From contig JBMZHG010000006.1 of NCBI GenBank assembly GCA_049616325.1, positions 3,846 through 67,845 of the forward strand: DNA of 64,000 nucleotides. Direction: 5' to 3'. A program made the translations under genes and the position numbers. The stretch is from Flavobacteriales bacterium (lineage in GTDB: Bacteria; Bacteroidota; Bacteroidia; Flavobacteriales_D; Sanyastnellaceae). The notes beneath the pieces were generated by a model. The model did not search any database. It saw only the letters and a program-made list of their open reading frames with translations, and was not told the DNA's origin. Shown piece after piece: positions 43,625 through 54,056 of this stretch. Within the stretch, counting starts at the first letter, position 1. Each line of letters begins with the position of its first letter.

Positions 43625-44830
43625 ATGGATTCACTGCGCCATGCCTCCCCTTTGACCTCTGCGGACGTGTTGAACGTTTTGCCGGGCATGTTTTGGGACC
43701 ACGATTGCGTCATGCTTCCCGGCTTGGGGGGCTTCGTGTGCAATCCCCGCTCGGCATGGTACGACGAGGCCAAACGCCAAATCGTCCCCCCTTCCCGCGA
43801 CGTCTTGTTCAACTCGCGCTTGACCACCAACGACGGCCTGGTGGCCAACGAGCTTATGGCCAAGCATGGAATCACCTACCGCGAAGCGCTCAAGGCGGTC
43901 GAAGGGTTGGTCGCGGCAATCCAAGACGACCTCGAAAAGGGCGCCACGGTTGAACTTCCCGGATTGGGCAAGCTCTACGGGGAAGAGGACGGGCAGCTAC
44001 GTTTCATGGCGGACGTGGAATTCGAGCGCATGCTTCGGTCGTTTGGCCACGCGAGCATCCCGCTGGTGGCACGCTCCGTCGAGGCTGTTTCGCCAGTTCC
44101 CGTCGCCGCATCTGCCCCACCGGCAGAAACGTCAACGCCTCTGCAAACCACAGAAGCGGTTCCGGCTACGGCGCGCGAGCCGCGCGTCATTCCGCTTCGC
44201 GTCAAGTTGGGCCGCGCGGCCGCTGCGGTGGCCATCCCCCTGACCTTGGCCGGCGCGTACTTGTTGTCCGAGCCCGCCGGCACGGAGACCTTGCTTGGCA
44301 CCAACCCGCTCTGGAACGCGGTTCCCGTGACGGCGACTTACGCTCCCCTCGAACGCCCGTCCTTGGAGGCCTGGTCCGAGTCGGACGAGGTGATCGCGGG
44401 CGAGACGGTGCAGGAATTTGTGGACCGCACGGGTTGGGAAGGCCTGCTCGAATTCGACCTCGAGGCAGGACGCCCGGCCGCAGGAGGCCTTCGCATTGAC
44501 GTGCCTGTCACGCCAGATCCTGAACCGACGCTCGAACCTGCTCCGGACGTGAGCCCGACCCCCACGCCGACCCCCGTGGCAAAGCCTGTAGAGGCTCCCG
44601 CGCCGGTCAACTTCCTCATTGTGGGAGGAGCGTTTGGGGTGAAGGAGAATGCGGAAAAGCTGTCTGCCACCATGGAGGCAGAGGGGTTTGAGACTTCGCT
44701 GCACTTCCAGGCACACAACGGACTGACCGTGGTGGCCATGGGCGGCTACGCCACGGAGGATGAAGCGCGAAGGGCCCTCGAGGACGCCCGAGCCCGAGGC
44801 CACGAAAAGGCGTGGTTGAAGCGCTTGTGA
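43625..44830 (+). CDS. HU/CCDC81-like N-terminal domains + C-terminal SPOR (peptidoglycan-binding) domain protein
   Basis: 'LPGLGGFV', 'VELPGLGKLY' (HU-CCDC81-type repeats). Pro/Thr-rich linker. SPOR-like 'FLIVGGAFGVKENAEKL...........H....GLTVVAMGGYATEDEA'. Confidence 0.8.
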   Translation: MDSLRHASPLTSADVLNVLPGMFWDHDCVMLPGLGGFVCNPRSAWYDEAKRQIVPPSRDVLFNSRLTTNDGLVANELMAKHGITYREALKAVEGLVAAIQDDLEKGATVELPGLGKLYGEEDGQLRFMADVEFERMLRSFGHASIPLVARSVEAVSPVPVAASAPPAETSTPLQTTEAVPATAREPRVIPLRVKLGRAAAAVAIPLTLAGAYLLSEPAGTETLLGTNPLWNAVPVTATYAPLERPSLEAWSESDEVIAGETVQEFVDRTGWEGLLEFDLEAGRPAAGGLRIDVPVTPDPEPTLEPAPDVSPTPTPTPVAKPVEAPAPVNFLIVGGAFGVKENAEKLSATMEAEGFETSLHFQAHNGLTVVAMGGYATEDEARRALEDARARGHEKAWLKRL

Positions 44831-44840
44831 TGCGGCAGCC

Positions 44841-45506
44841 ATGCTGAACCAACCCGTGGAACTTGCGGCGCTGGACGGCGTCATCTTGGACTTTGGAGGC
44901 GTCCTTTACGACATTGATTACGACGCGCCTGTCAAGGCCTTTGCGGCCCTAGGCGACACCGAGTTTGCGTCTCTGTACCACCAAGCAGCCCAAACCCCCT
45001 GGTTCGACGACCTCGAAACCGGCAACCTGGACCGCGACACCTTTTACGGGCACCTCCAAGCTCGGTGCCGGCCGGGCACGACCCTTGACGAGGTGCACGC
45101 CGCCTGGTGCAGCATCTTGACTGGAATGCCTCCGCGTCGCGCAGAGCTGGTGCGGCACCTCGGCCAGCGGACACGGTTGTTTTTGTTGAGCAACACCAAC
45201 GCCATTCACGCCCGCGTGTTCGAAGACGACTTGCGGGCTACGCTGCCCGATGCCGGGGCGTTTTGGGGCGCGTTTGAAAAGGCGCATTACAGCCAAGACC
45301 TGGGCATGAAAAAACCCCATCCGGAAACGTTTTTGCACGTGTGCGAACGGCACGGTTTGGCCCCCGAGAGGACGCTGTTTCTTGACGACAGCCTTCAGCA
45401 CGTTCAAGGCGCCGACCGGGCGGGCCTGCATGCGCATCATTTGGACTTGGGCAAGGAAGATTTTGAAGGGTGGCTTCGGCGCATGGGCTGGCCGTTGCCC
45501 GCCTGA
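44841..45506 (+). CDS. HAD-superfamily hydrolase (subfamily IA-like)
   Basis: Motif I 'VILDFGGVL'. 'LLSNTN'. 'KKPHPETF'. Motif IV 'FLDDS'. Confidence 0.8.
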   Translation: MLNQPVELAALDGVILDFGGVLYDIDYDAPVKAFAALGDTEFASLYHQAAQTPWFDDLETGNLDRDTFYGHLQARCRPGTTLDEVHAAWCSILTGMPPRRAELVRHLGQRTRLFLLSNTNAIHARVFEDDLRATLPDAGAFWGAFEKAHYSQDLGMKKPHPETFLHVCERHGLAPERTLFLDDSLQHVQGADRAGLHAHHLDLGKEDFEGWLRRMGWPLPA

Positions 45507-45561
45507 GCACTTCAGGCTTCGGTCGTGGTCGGGCCCTTACGGAAAGGATGCCAGCGAAGAA

Positions 45562-45987
45562 TCACCCGAGGCTTTCGAACAAGCGGTCGAGTTCTTCGTG
45601 CTTTTCAGAGGGAACGGGCGTGGCGCCCTGTTCGAGGATCACGAAGACCTCTTGCCCACGGGCTTCCTCAGGAAAGGACTTGCTGCCGCGGTAACGCGTG
45701 CCCTCCGGGTCGATGCGCATCAGTTGCGCGTCCGATTCGCCAAATTTGAAGTACCACACGTCGCCCCCGTCGTGGCGCTCGAGGTAGGTCAAGCGCGACG
45801 TCGTGGTTTCCCAAAACACCGTGCTGAATTCCGCAATGAGTTCTTCGACCCGTCTCGGCTCCTCCGAGGAAATGCGCGCCCATTCCGTGGCGGGCAACCC
45901 TTGAGAGGCCAAGAAGCGCGCGAACTCCATTTCCAGTCCTTGGAGTTCGTCGCGCGTCAGGGCCCGAAATCGGCGGCTTTCGCTCAT
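45562..45987 (-). CDS. DUF6495-like conserved hypothetical protein
   Basis: 141 aa. 'FRALTRDELQGLEMEFARFL.......EW' resembles DUF6495 as I recall it. The start overlaps the ptrB stop (ATGA). Confidence 0.6.
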   Translation of the reverse strand: MSESRRFRALTRDELQGLEMEFARFLASQGLPATEWARISSEEPRRVEELIAEFSTVFWETTTSRLTYLERHDGGDVWYFKFGESDAQLMRIDPEGTRYRGSKSFPEEARGQEVFVILEQGATPVPSEKHEELDRLFESLG

Positions 45988-48182
45988 TCGTGAATGTCCT
46001 CAAGCATGAACATGAAGGCGTACTCGAGCGCCACTTCCTTGATGCGCTCGAAGCGCCCGGAAGCCCCGCCGTGGCCCGTCTCCATGTTGCAGTCCATGAT
46101 GAGCAAGTTGTCGTCGGTTTTGAAGTCGCGCAGTTTGGCAATCCATTTGGCGGGTTCCCAGTACTGCACTTGGCTGTCCCAGTATCCCGTCGTGATGAGC
46201 ACGTGGGGGTAGGCTTTCGCGGCGACGTTGTCGTACGGGCTGTACGTCATCATGTAATCGAAGTACTCCTTGTTCTTGGGGTTGCCCCACTCGTCAAACT
46301 CAAACGTGGTCAACGGAATGCTCTCGTCGAGCATGGTGTTGATCACGTCCACAAACGGCACGCCCGCAATCACTCCGTTGAACAGGCCCGGTTCGAGGTT
46401 CATCACGGCGCCCATCAACAGCCCGCCGGCACTGCCGCCCATCGCGTAGAGGTGGTCGGGGCTCGTGAAGCCCTCGGCGACCATGGCTTTGCCGCAGTCG
46501 ATGAAGTCGGTGAAGGTGTTCATTTTGTTGAACAACTTGCCGTCTTCGTACCAGTGGCGACCCATTTCGCTTCCACCCCGGATGTGGGCGATGGCGTACA
46601 CGAAGCCGCGGTCGAGCAAGCTCAACCGGGCCACCGAGAAGTACGCGTCCATGCTTGCTCCGTAGCTGCCGTAAGCGTAGAGCAGGAAGGGGTTGTCCCC
46701 TGTGCGCTCGACGCCTTTGCGGTACACGATGCTCACGGGAACCTTCACGCCGTCGCGCGCCTCCACCATCATGCGCTCGCTGACGTAGTTGGCGGGGTCA
46801 AACGTGCCGCCCAACACCTCTTGCTGCTTCAGCGTGGTGATCTCGCTGGTGTCGAAGTCGTATTCGAGCACGCTGTTGGGTGTGGTCAGGGACGTGTAAC
46901 TGTAACGAAGTCGACCCGCGTTGAAGTCAGGATTCGCTCCGACGTAGGCGGTGTAGGCCGGGTCGTTGAACGGGATGTATTCATCTGAGGTGCCGTCCCA
47001 GCGCTTGATGCGGATTCGGTTGAGGCCTTCTTGGCGTTCTTGAACGACGAGCCAATCGTTGAAAATCTCGATGCCTTCGAGCAAGACGTCGTCGCGGTGG
47101 GGAAGCACGTCCTCCCAATTGCCGTACGTCGTGGCGTTGACCGGGGTCTTGACGAGCTTGAAGTTCTTGGCGTTGCGGTTGGTGACGATGTAGAAATGGT
47201 CGCCGTAGTGGCTCACACTGTATTCGAGGTCGCGCTCGCGGGGCTGGATGACTTTCCACTCCCCGTCGGGGGTGTTGGCGTCCAAGTAATGCCACTCCGT
47301 GCTCACGGTGGTGCTGGTTCCGATGACGAGGAAGGCTTCGCTTTTGGTCTTGCCTACGCCGCACGAGAACGTCTCGTCCTTCTCCTCGAACACGAGCACG
47401 TCCTGGCTCACGTCGGTGCCGAGCACGTGCTTGTAGATCTGGAACGAACGCAAGGTCACGGGGTCCTTCTTGGTGTAGAACAGGGTCTTGTTGTCGTTGG
47501 CCCACGTGGCGCCTCCGGTGGTTTCAGGAATGCGGTCTTCAAAGATTTCCCCGCTGCGCAGGTCTTTGACGTAGAGGGTGTATTGGCGGCGGCTCACGGT
47601 GTCGACGCCGTAAACGAGCAGGTTGTTGTCGGGACTCACGCTGCGTCCGCCCACGGCGAAGTAGGTGTGGCCTTCCGCCATCGCGGGCTGGTCGAGCATG
47701 ACTTCTTCTTCGGCGTCCATGCTGCCTTTCTTGCGGCAGGAGTAGGGGTACTCCTTGCCTTCTTCGTAGCGGCTGTAGTACCAGTATCCTTTGTCCAGCA
47801 CAGGCACGCTCTCGTCGTCCTTCTTGATGCGGCCCACGATCTCGTCGTAAATCTTGGTTTGGAATTCCTCGGTGGGCGCCATCACCTCCTTTTTGTAGCT
47901 GTTTTCAGCTTCGAGGTAGGCGACGACTTCGGCGGTTTGGGCATCGGGCTCCTTGGCCTCCTTTTGCTCGTCGCTCAACCGCATCCAGAAGTAATCGTCG
48001 TGCAATTGCAAGCCGTGGATGTCGGTGATGTGCGGCTTTTTTGCCGCGTCGGGAGGCGTCGGAAGTTCCGAGGCCTTGGTCACGTAGTCAGGGGTCTTCA
48101 TGTCAGTGGAAGAGGGGTTGCTGCAGCCCGCGGTGAGGGCCCAAACGGCGGCCGCTGCCGCTCCAAAAGTTCGCATGTTCAT
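45984..48182 (-). CDS. ptrB: S9A-family serine peptidase (oligopeptidase B / prolyl oligopeptidase-like), lipoprotein
   Basis: 'GGSAGGLLMGAV' (GxSxGG). beta-propeller N-domain. Lipobox 'LTAGC'. The start is ATG 48182 or 48176. Confidence 0.9.
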   Translation of the reverse strand: MNMRTFGAAAAAVWALTAGCSNPSSTDMKTPDYVTKASELPTPPDAAKKPHITDIHGLQLHDDYFWMRLSDEQKEAKEPDAQTAEVVAYLEAENSYKKEVMAPTEEFQTKIYDEIVGRIKKDDESVPVLDKGYWYYSRYEEGKEYPYSCRKKGSMDAEEEVMLDQPAMAEGHTYFAVGGRSVSPDNNLLVYGVDTVSRRQYTLYVKDLRSGEIFEDRIPETTGGATWANDNKTLFYTKKDPVTLRSFQIYKHVLGTDVSQDVLVFEEKDETFSCGVGKTKSEAFLVIGTSTTVSTEWHYLDANTPDGEWKVIQPRERDLEYSVSHYGDHFYIVTNRNAKNFKLVKTPVNATTYGNWEDVLPHRDDVLLEGIEIFNDWLVVQERQEGLNRIRIKRWDGTSDEYIPFNDPAYTAYVGANPDFNAGRLRYSYTSLTTPNSVLEYDFDTSEITTLKQQEVLGGTFDPANYVSERMMVEARDGVKVPVSIVYRKGVERTGDNPFLLYAYGSYGASMDAYFSVARLSLLDRGFVYAIAHIRGGSEMGRHWYEDGKLFNKMNTFTDFIDCGKAMVAEGFTSPDHLYAMGGSAGGLLMGAVMNLEPGLFNGVIAGVPFVDVINTMLDESIPLTTFEFDEWGNPKNKEYFDYMMTYSPYDNVAAKAYPHVLITTGYWDSQVQYWEPAKWIAKLRDFKTDDNLLIMDCNMETGHGGASGRFERIKEVALEYAFMFMLEDIHE

Positions 48183-48247
48183 TTCAACGAATTTACTTCC
48201 GCACACTGCGTGCGGGGTTGCGAAGATACAGGTCAGGTCTGCGACCG

Positions 48248-48985
48248 CTACCCCAAGAGGTCGCCGTCGGCAATCTTGGCTTCGATGGCCAGCAAGTCTT
48301 CGGGCGTGTCGACGGCCGGAGTGAGGTGGGGGGTCGTCCCCACGTCAATGCGCCAGCCGTGGTCGAGCCACCGAAGTTGTTCGAGTCTTTCCCGTTGCTC
48401 GAGGGGGGTGGGGCTGAGTTGCACCAAGGCTTCCAGCGCCGTGCGGGTGAATCCGTAGAGCCCCACGTGTTGCAGCCAGGGGCCGTTGCCGTGCGGCAGG
48501 GGACTGCGGCTGAACATCAGGGCACGGCCCTTCATGTTGCGCACGACTTTGACGCGGTGCGGCGAATGAATCTCAGGGTCGGCCGACATGGACTTGGCGA
48601 GCGTGACGACCGCAGCGTCGGGCTTGCGCAACAGGTCGGCGAGCTGCCTGATTTGGTCGGGATGCACAAACGGCTCGTCGCCTTGGATGTTCAAGACTGC
48701 GTCAAAGGTGTGTCCCTGCGCTTCGAGGAGCTCGACGGCTTGGTGGCACCGCACGGTGCCGTTGGTGCAATCTTCGGATGTCATGATCACGTCGCCTCCA
48801 AAGTCCCGGACGACGGCCGCGATGCGTTCGTCGTCGGTGGCGACGACCACCTTGTTGCAGACGTCGGCCTCCTTCACGCGCGTGTACACGCGTTGAATCA
48901 TGGGCAAGCCGGCGATGGAAGCGAGGGGTTTGCCGGGAAAGCGCGTCGAGGCGTGACGCGCGGGAATGACCGCCAAAAAGTTCAT
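48248..48985 (-). CDS. kdsB: 3-deoxy-manno-octulosonate cytidylyltransferase
   Basis: 'AVIPARHASTRFPGKPL', 'NIQGDEP'. 245 aa. Confidence 0.93.
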   Translation of the reverse strand: MNFLAVIPARHASTRFPGKPLASIAGLPMIQRVYTRVKEADVCNKVVVATDDERIAAVVRDFGGDVIMTSEDCTNGTVRCHQAVELLEAQGHTFDAVLNIQGDEPFVHPDQIRQLADLLRKPDAAVVTLAKSMSADPEIHSPHRVKVVRNMKGRALMFSRSPLPHGNGPWLQHVGLYGFTRTALEALVQLSPTPLEQRERLEQLRWLDHGWRIDVGTTPHLTPAVDTPEDLLAIEAKIADGDLLG

Positions 48986-49012
48986 GTCAGATCGGTAGGT
49001 TGCCGTTGCGGG

Positions 49013-51433
49013 CTAGTGAATTTCGTACGTGTAGACCACATTCACAAGCCGCGGCGATTCAATGGCCAGAGGCCGGATGCTGTACTCCGCGTTGGTCATG
49101 TTGCTCACGACCAACGAAAGTTTGTGTGCGTCGGAAAGGGCGTAACCTGCTCGGAAATCCCAAATCCAAGGCAGCGTCGGGTGGTCTTCCAACCAACCTG
49201 ACAAGCCCCAGTCGACCACTCCGAGCGATTCGAACACGATCCACGCGGCGTCGATGTTTTGGAGGGCGCTTTGGTAGCGAGCGCTGGCGCCCACAAACCA
49301 GGGGCCTCGTCGCAATTCGGCGTCAAACCGGACGAGGTGCTGGGAACGGTATTTCAACACCAGGCCTGCGGTGTCGAGGCTCGTGTTGAGGTAGTTCGTC
49401 CCGCCAACCGTGTCCCCGGAAGCGTTGGTGACCACGGAGTAGAGGTAGTCCGGAGTCAGGCTGACCGGGTTGGTGTAGGTGTAACCGGCGAGCACGTCGA
49501 GGGTGGTTTCCCCCCAGCGGGCTCGTCCCATCAAGGACGTTTCCCAGCCGGTGACGCGGGAGCGACCCGTGTTCAGGCTTCGGAACCCGTTTCCGGCAAG
49601 CGGGTCGGCGAGCGTGCCCCATTGCCCAAACGTGAACTCGATGAAGTCTTCGTACTCCTGGAAAAACGCCGCGGCGTCCAAAAACCCTTGAAAGCCCCCG
49701 ATTTGAACGCCCTGCTTGACGCCGGCTTCGACGTTGACGGCGGTCTCCGGGCGCAAGGCGTTGTTGGGGTAGACTTGGAGGGGCCCCAGTCCGGTCCGGA
49801 TGAACTTCTCTGCGATGGTGGGGAAGCGGAACCCTTGGCCCAGGCTCGCGCGAAGCCACGTGGCCTCGGCCGGTTGAAAGTTGAGGCCGGCACGGAAGAC
49901 AGGCTTGGAGGCGGTGCTGTCGTTGATGCTGAAGTGCTCGTAGCGCGTCCCGGCCGAGAGGTTGAGGCGCTCGCCGAGTTTTTGGTCTGCTTGCACGTAC
50001 GCCGACATGTTGCGGGCGGTGTTCAGCCCGTCCGGGTTCCCGCCCGTGTAAAGCTGGGCGCGCCCGCGGGTGAGTTGGTGAACGGCCCCAGCGGTCAAGA
50101 CCAAGCCGTCCAGCCCCCACGATTCGCCGCGTTGTTGCACTTGGTACTCGGAGTAAAACACGTTGCTGGCGTTGCTTTGGTCGTTGTCGTTTTCGTTGTT
50201 GAGGTGCTGCCAGCGGTTGCGGAAACTGTGTTGTGTGCCGCTTGGCGAGAGGTATTCGACGTACGGATCGACCGTTCCGACAAGCTGCTTGGTGCGGGTG
50301 GCTGCCCCTTCCGAGCTGCCATAAAGGCCCTCGTAGGCCCGTTCCCAAATGAGCGTGTTGAGCGACTCGCCCTTCTGCCAGTTGGTGTTCAGCCCAAACT
50401 TCAACCCCTCAATCCCCGTTTGGCGCCTCCTCAAATTCACGTTGAAACGGGCTTGCGAGTTGGCGCCCCACCGGTCGACGGTCAGGGGGTTGTAGTTCAT
50501 CGCCGCCGTGTCAAGGGGAATGCCAAGGCTGTCAGAGTAGATTTCTGGGCCCTTGAAGCCGTCGTCGCCCAAGACGTTCCCGCCCACCACGATGTCCCAT
50601 CCGCCGAGTTGTTGGCTATGCAGAAAGCGCAGGTTGCTTTGCTGGAGCGTGCCGTCCCAGTACTTGCTTTGATCGGCGCTTTGGGGGTCGCTGTAGACGC
50701 CGTGCTGCAAGCTCACCCGCGTCAGCGGCCGTGCATCGGGGTAGCGCGTGCGGATGTTGATGACCCCGCTCAGGGCGGCGCTGCCGTAGAGAACCGAGCT
50801 CGCGCCTTTGATGACTTCGATTTGTTCGAGGTTCTCGAGGGGAAGGAATCCCCACGTGGGACGGCCCGCATCGCCGCTCAGGACGGGCAGGTCGTCGACG
50901 AGAACCATGACGCGTGATCCGGCGCCGTAGCTGAAACCGCTGCCGCTTCGGATTTGGGGTTCGCCGTCGACCAAACTCACTCCTGGCGTCTGTTCAATCG
51001 CCGTTTCCAGCGACGTGGTGGCCTTGTTTTCCACCAACGTCGGCTTGAGCACCTCAAGCGACACGGTCACTTCCGAGGCGTTTTGCTCAAACCGCCCGGC
51101 CGACACGACGACCAACCCAAGGGCCTCCGCGGCCGATTGCATGACGGGGTTCCAGGCGACGGTTTGGCCGGCCGCGAGTTCGACCTTGAATTCTTGCTTG
51201 GCCATGCCGATGAACGTGCACGTCACGGTGTGCATTCCGGGCTTGAGGGCGAGGGTGTAGGCCCCGTTGAGGTCGGTGGCGACGGTGGCGACGCCGTTGG
51301 TCAGGTACGCGCCAAGGACCGGTTGGCCGGCGCCGTCGAGGACGCGGCCTTGGACGGTTTGGCTCCACGCTTCAGAGGAGGCTCCCAAGAGCGCTCCGAG
51401 GGCGAGGAGTGTGGCGAGTTGGAGAAGTCGCAT
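49013..51433 (-). CDS. TonB-dependent receptor with N-terminal carboxypeptidase-regulatory-like domain
   Basis: Signal 'MRLLQLATLLALGALLGASSEAWSQ'. 'VQGRVLDGAGQPV'. Plug 'IEVIKGASSVLYGSAALSGVINI'. C-terminal 'VNVVYTYEIH' with an aromatic residue near the end. The track ORF extends to 52399, but that part is antisense to dprA. Confidence 0.88.
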   Translation of the reverse strand: MRLLQLATLLALGALLGASSEAWSQTVQGRVLDGAGQPVLGAYLTNGVATVATDLNGAYTLALKPGMHTVTCTFIGMAKQEFKVELAAGQTVAWNPVMQSAAEALGLVVVSAGRFEQNASEVTVSLEVLKPTLVENKATTSLETAIEQTPGVSLVDGEPQIRSGSGFSYGAGSRVMVLVDDLPVLSGDAGRPTWGFLPLENLEQIEVIKGASSVLYGSAALSGVINIRTRYPDARPLTRVSLQHGVYSDPQSADQSKYWDGTLQQSNLRFLHSQQLGGWDIVVGGNVLGDDGFKGPEIYSDSLGIPLDTAAMNYNPLTVDRWGANSQARFNVNLRRRQTGIEGLKFGLNTNWQKGESLNTLIWERAYEGLYGSSEGAATRTKQLVGTVDPYVEYLSPSGTQHSFRNRWQHLNNENDNDQSNASNVFYSEYQVQQRGESWGLDGLVLTAGAVHQLTRGRAQLYTGGNPDGLNTARNMSAYVQADQKLGERLNLSAGTRYEHFSINDSTASKPVFRAGLNFQPAEATWLRASLGQGFRFPTIAEKFIRTGLGPLQVYPNNALRPETAVNVEAGVKQGVQIGGFQGFLDAAAFFQEYEDFIEFTFGQWGTLADPLAGNGFRSLNTGRSRVTGWETSLMGRARWGETTLDVLAGYTYTNPVSLTPDYLYSVVTNASGDTVGGTNYLNTSLDTAGLVLKYRSQHLVRFDAELRRGPWFVGASARYQSALQNIDAAWIVFESLGVVDWGLSGWLEDHPTLPWIWDFRAGYALSDAHKLSLVVSNMTNAEYSIRPLAIESPRLVNVVYTYEIH

Positions 51434-51543
51434 AAGGCCAAATAACAACACAATCCCCCTTCTTCGGCGACGTGTGCAAAACATCCGCCCTCGGGTGTGA
51501 ATTGCCTTGCGTGAATGGCAGGGTTCGCAATCCCTTTGGCGGA

Positions 51544-52629
51544 ATGAATGAAGCGTTGGCGTGGATGGGGCTTGCGGCACGGACCGGGTGGGGGGCGGTG
51601 GCGGTGCGGCGCGAGGTGGAGCGCGTCGGAGACGTGCGCGAGGCGTGGTGCAGTTGGGCTCGGGAACATCCGGAAGCGGCGCGGGCTGCGCGTGACCGCG
51701 CGGAGGGGTGGCGGGTGCAAACCCTGCAGCTCGGCGCGCAGATCTTGACCCTCGGGGACCCGCGTTATCCCCCGCTCCTCGCCCAAATCCCGGACCCTCC
51801 TCCCGTCCTGTACGCGCTCGGGACCGTGCCGGAAGCGGGGTCGTGGGGTCGCGCCCTGGCGGTGGTGGGCACGCGTTCGTGCACGGCGCAAGGTGCGACG
51901 TGGGCGAAGCGCATCGGGAGAGAATGGACGGAGGCAGGGGGACGGCTTGTGAGCGGTCTGGCTCGGGGAATCGACGGGCGTGCCCACGCCGGCGCTCTCG
52001 AAGGCACGTGCCCCGGCGCGCAGGTGGCTGTCTTGCCGTGCAGCCTGGCGTCGATCCACCCTCGCATGCACGTGCTGCTGGCCGAACGCCTCCTCGACGC
52101 GGGCGGGCTTCTGGTCTCGGAACAACCGCCCGGCGCGCAGGTGGAGCGCTGGATGTTTGCTTCGCGGAACCGGATTTTGACGGGGCTGGCGCCGAGCACC
52201 GTGGTGGTGCAGAGCCCGGCCCGAGGCGGTTCCCTGATTTCTGCCCGGTGCGCCTTCGACCAGGACCGAGACGTGTTTGCGTTTTGGCGTGGCGACCGCG
52301 GTGCGGCTTGGGCAGGAAACCGCGCGTTGGTGGCGGACGACCTCGCCCGCCCCGTGCGGGATGTGGAGTCGCTGTGGCGTGCCGTGGCCGACGCGGCACA
52401 GGCCCGAGCCTGCGGCGCCTCGTTCCGCTCGCCCGCCCCCAACCCGGCAGGCGTTCCGGCGGGGTGCCGGGATGTTTGGCAAGCCCTCTCGGCCACGCGA
52501 CCTGTGTCGTGGCTAGAGTTGAATTCGCGCCTGGGGCTGACCGCTGCGATCCTCGACCGGCAACTCTTTACCCTTGAGGTTCAGGGCTGGATTCGTCGCC
52601 TGCCGGGCCGGGCGTACCTCCGCGCGTGA
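51544..52629 (+). CDS. dprA: DNA-processing protein DprA (Smf)
   Basis: 'LGDPRYPPLL', 'VVGTRSCT', 'SGLARGIDG.AH', 'FASRNRILTGL', 'VVQS...GGSLI'. Confidence 0.9.
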   Translation: MNEALAWMGLAARTGWGAVAVRREVERVGDVREAWCSWAREHPEAARAARDRAEGWRVQTLQLGAQILTLGDPRYPPLLAQIPDPPPVLYALGTVPEAGSWGRALAVVGTRSCTAQGATWAKRIGREWTEAGGRLVSGLARGIDGRAHAGALEGTCPGAQVAVLPCSLASIHPRMHVLLAERLLDAGGLLVSEQPPGAQVERWMFASRNRILTGLAPSTVVVQSPARGGSLISARCAFDQDRDVFAFWRGDRGAAWAGNRALVADDLARPVRDVESLWRAVADAAQARACGASFRSPAPNPAGVPAGCRDVWQALSATRPVSWLELNSRLGLTAAILDRQLFTLEVQGWIRRLPGRAYLRA

Positions 52630-54046
52630 CGTCCGCCGAGGCTTCGTCCCCACCTCGCACCGTCGCAGGGCCCGCCGCATTCGCCCCGTCGTCGTCTCCA
52701 CCGGAAAGGACGGGGACGGAAGGGCGCGGGGCGTTGGGAAGGGCGCCGATGTCGTGGTCGGCGACGGGCTGGATGCCGCTGCCGTGCTGGATGAGCGCCG
52801 CGGTCATCACCAAAGACGTGGCCAAGATGACCACCAAAAGCACGCCTTGGTCGAAGCCGGCGAAGACGAGCTCTGCGTGCTGGGATTCGATGGCGAAAAA
52901 CAGCAAGACCGTGATCAGGCCGCGCGGGGCGATGTAGAGCAGCGGGGAAAGGGGCGTTTGGCGCATGGCCCGAAGCAGGATCAAGCGCACCACGTACAAC
53001 AGGACGCTGATGACGAGGCCTTGGAACAGGACCTCCAAGTCGAGGAGCACGCCCAAACTCACCGTCATGCCGAAGAGAACGAAGAAGAACGTCCGGATGA
53101 CGAAAGCGCTCTCGAGGGTGAGGATGTGAAAGTCGTGGTGAAGGGCCTTCATCCGGTCGTCCTTGAGCAACTTGCCCGGCCAGCCGTTGGTGATGCCGAG
53201 CCAATCTGGGAAGAACAATTTGTGGTTGTTCAGCATCAACCCGAAGATCAGGATCAAGATGAGCGGGCTGAGGTGGAAGAGTTTTTGGACGGCGTAGATC
53301 AAAAGCAACACGGCAATGCTCAAGAAGAGTCGAACCCCGCTTTCGATTTTCTGCAAGACGTACACCATCAGGTAGGCCACCACCACCGAGATGGCGAGCG
53401 TGCTGAGGAGGTTGAAGGCGACGTTGGTCAGGACCTCTCCGCCCGAGGCAGCCTCTTGGTTTCCAAGCAACAGGTAGAAGGCCATGATGCCGAAGATGTC
53501 CGAGAACGTGCTTTCGTAGACCATGAATTCGCGCGAGGCCGGCGACAGCCCACCCACGCTCGGAATGATGATGGCGCTGCTCATGATGGAAAGCGGGATG
53601 CCGTACACCACGGCGTTGAGCGCAGGCATGTCCAGAAACAGGTGCAAAAAGCCGGCAATGGCGGCCGTGCTCAGTCCCAAAGCGACCAAGGCGAGCGTGG
53701 CGCTGCGCAAAATAAGGGTGAGCTTGTCCTTGCGAAGTTCCAGTTCGAGGGCGGCTTCGAGGACGATGAAAATCAACCCGACTGTACCGAGCAGTTCCAG
53801 CACGAGCCCTTCGAACGGAATCTGGTTGAGCCCCACCATGCTCAGCCCTTGACGAAGTCCGATGCCCATGGCGATGAGCACGAGCACGCTTGGGATGTTT
53901 GTGCGTTTGGCCAGCAAGTTGGCGAAGTAGGACAGGATCACCACGGCGCTGCCGCCAATCACCAAGCCGTAAGCGTTGATGTCGTCGGCGGAAAGCTCGA
54001 GGTCAAGCACAGAGAGCAAGGGGGACATGAAGGTCACGAGGGTCAT
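52568..54046 (-). CDS. cation:proton antiporter (CPA1/NhaP-like Na+/H+ exchanger)
   Basis: About 12 TM segments. 492 aa from ATG 54046. Disordered acidic/Gly-rich C-terminal tail. The 3' end overlaps the dprA 3' end by 62 nt. Confidence 0.85.
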   Translation of the reverse strand: MTLVTFMSPLLSVLDLELSADDINAYGLVIGGSAVVILSYFANLLAKRTNIPSVLVLIAMGIGLRQGLSMVGLNQIPFEGLVLELLGTVGLIFIVLEAALELELRKDKLTLILRSATLALVALGLSTAAIAGFLHLFLDMPALNAVVYGIPLSIMSSAIIIPSVGGLSPASREFMVYESTFSDIFGIMAFYLLLGNQEAASGGEVLTNVAFNLLSTLAISVVVAYLMVYVLQKIESGVRLFLSIAVLLLIYAVQKLFHLSPLILILIFGLMLNNHKLFFPDWLGITNGWPGKLLKDDRMKALHHDFHILTLESAFVIRTFFFVLFGMTVSLGVLLDLEVLFQGLVISVLLYVVRLILLRAMRQTPLSPLLYIAPRGLITVLLFFAIESQHAELVFAGFDQGVLLVVILATSLVMTAALIQHGSGIQPVADHDIGALPNAPRPSVPVLSGGDDDGANAAGPATVRGGDEASADVTRGGTPGPAGDESSPEPQG

Positions 54047-54056
54047 GCCCGCAAAA

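Noticed and set aside
51434-52399. N-terminal 320-aa extension of the TonB-dependent receptor ORF (track ORF 49013-52399)
   Set aside because: The extension is R/P/A-rich nonsense antisense to dprA. A good signal peptide begins at ATG 51433.
52568-52629. 62-nt convergent overlap of dprA and the antiporter gene (and a 47-nt overlap at 12695-12741 between the SDR and DUF4296 genes) as possible antisense regulation
   Set aside because: Both overlaps involve low-complexity C-terminal tails that are easily extended by chance in GC-rich DNA. There is no supporting structure or motif.
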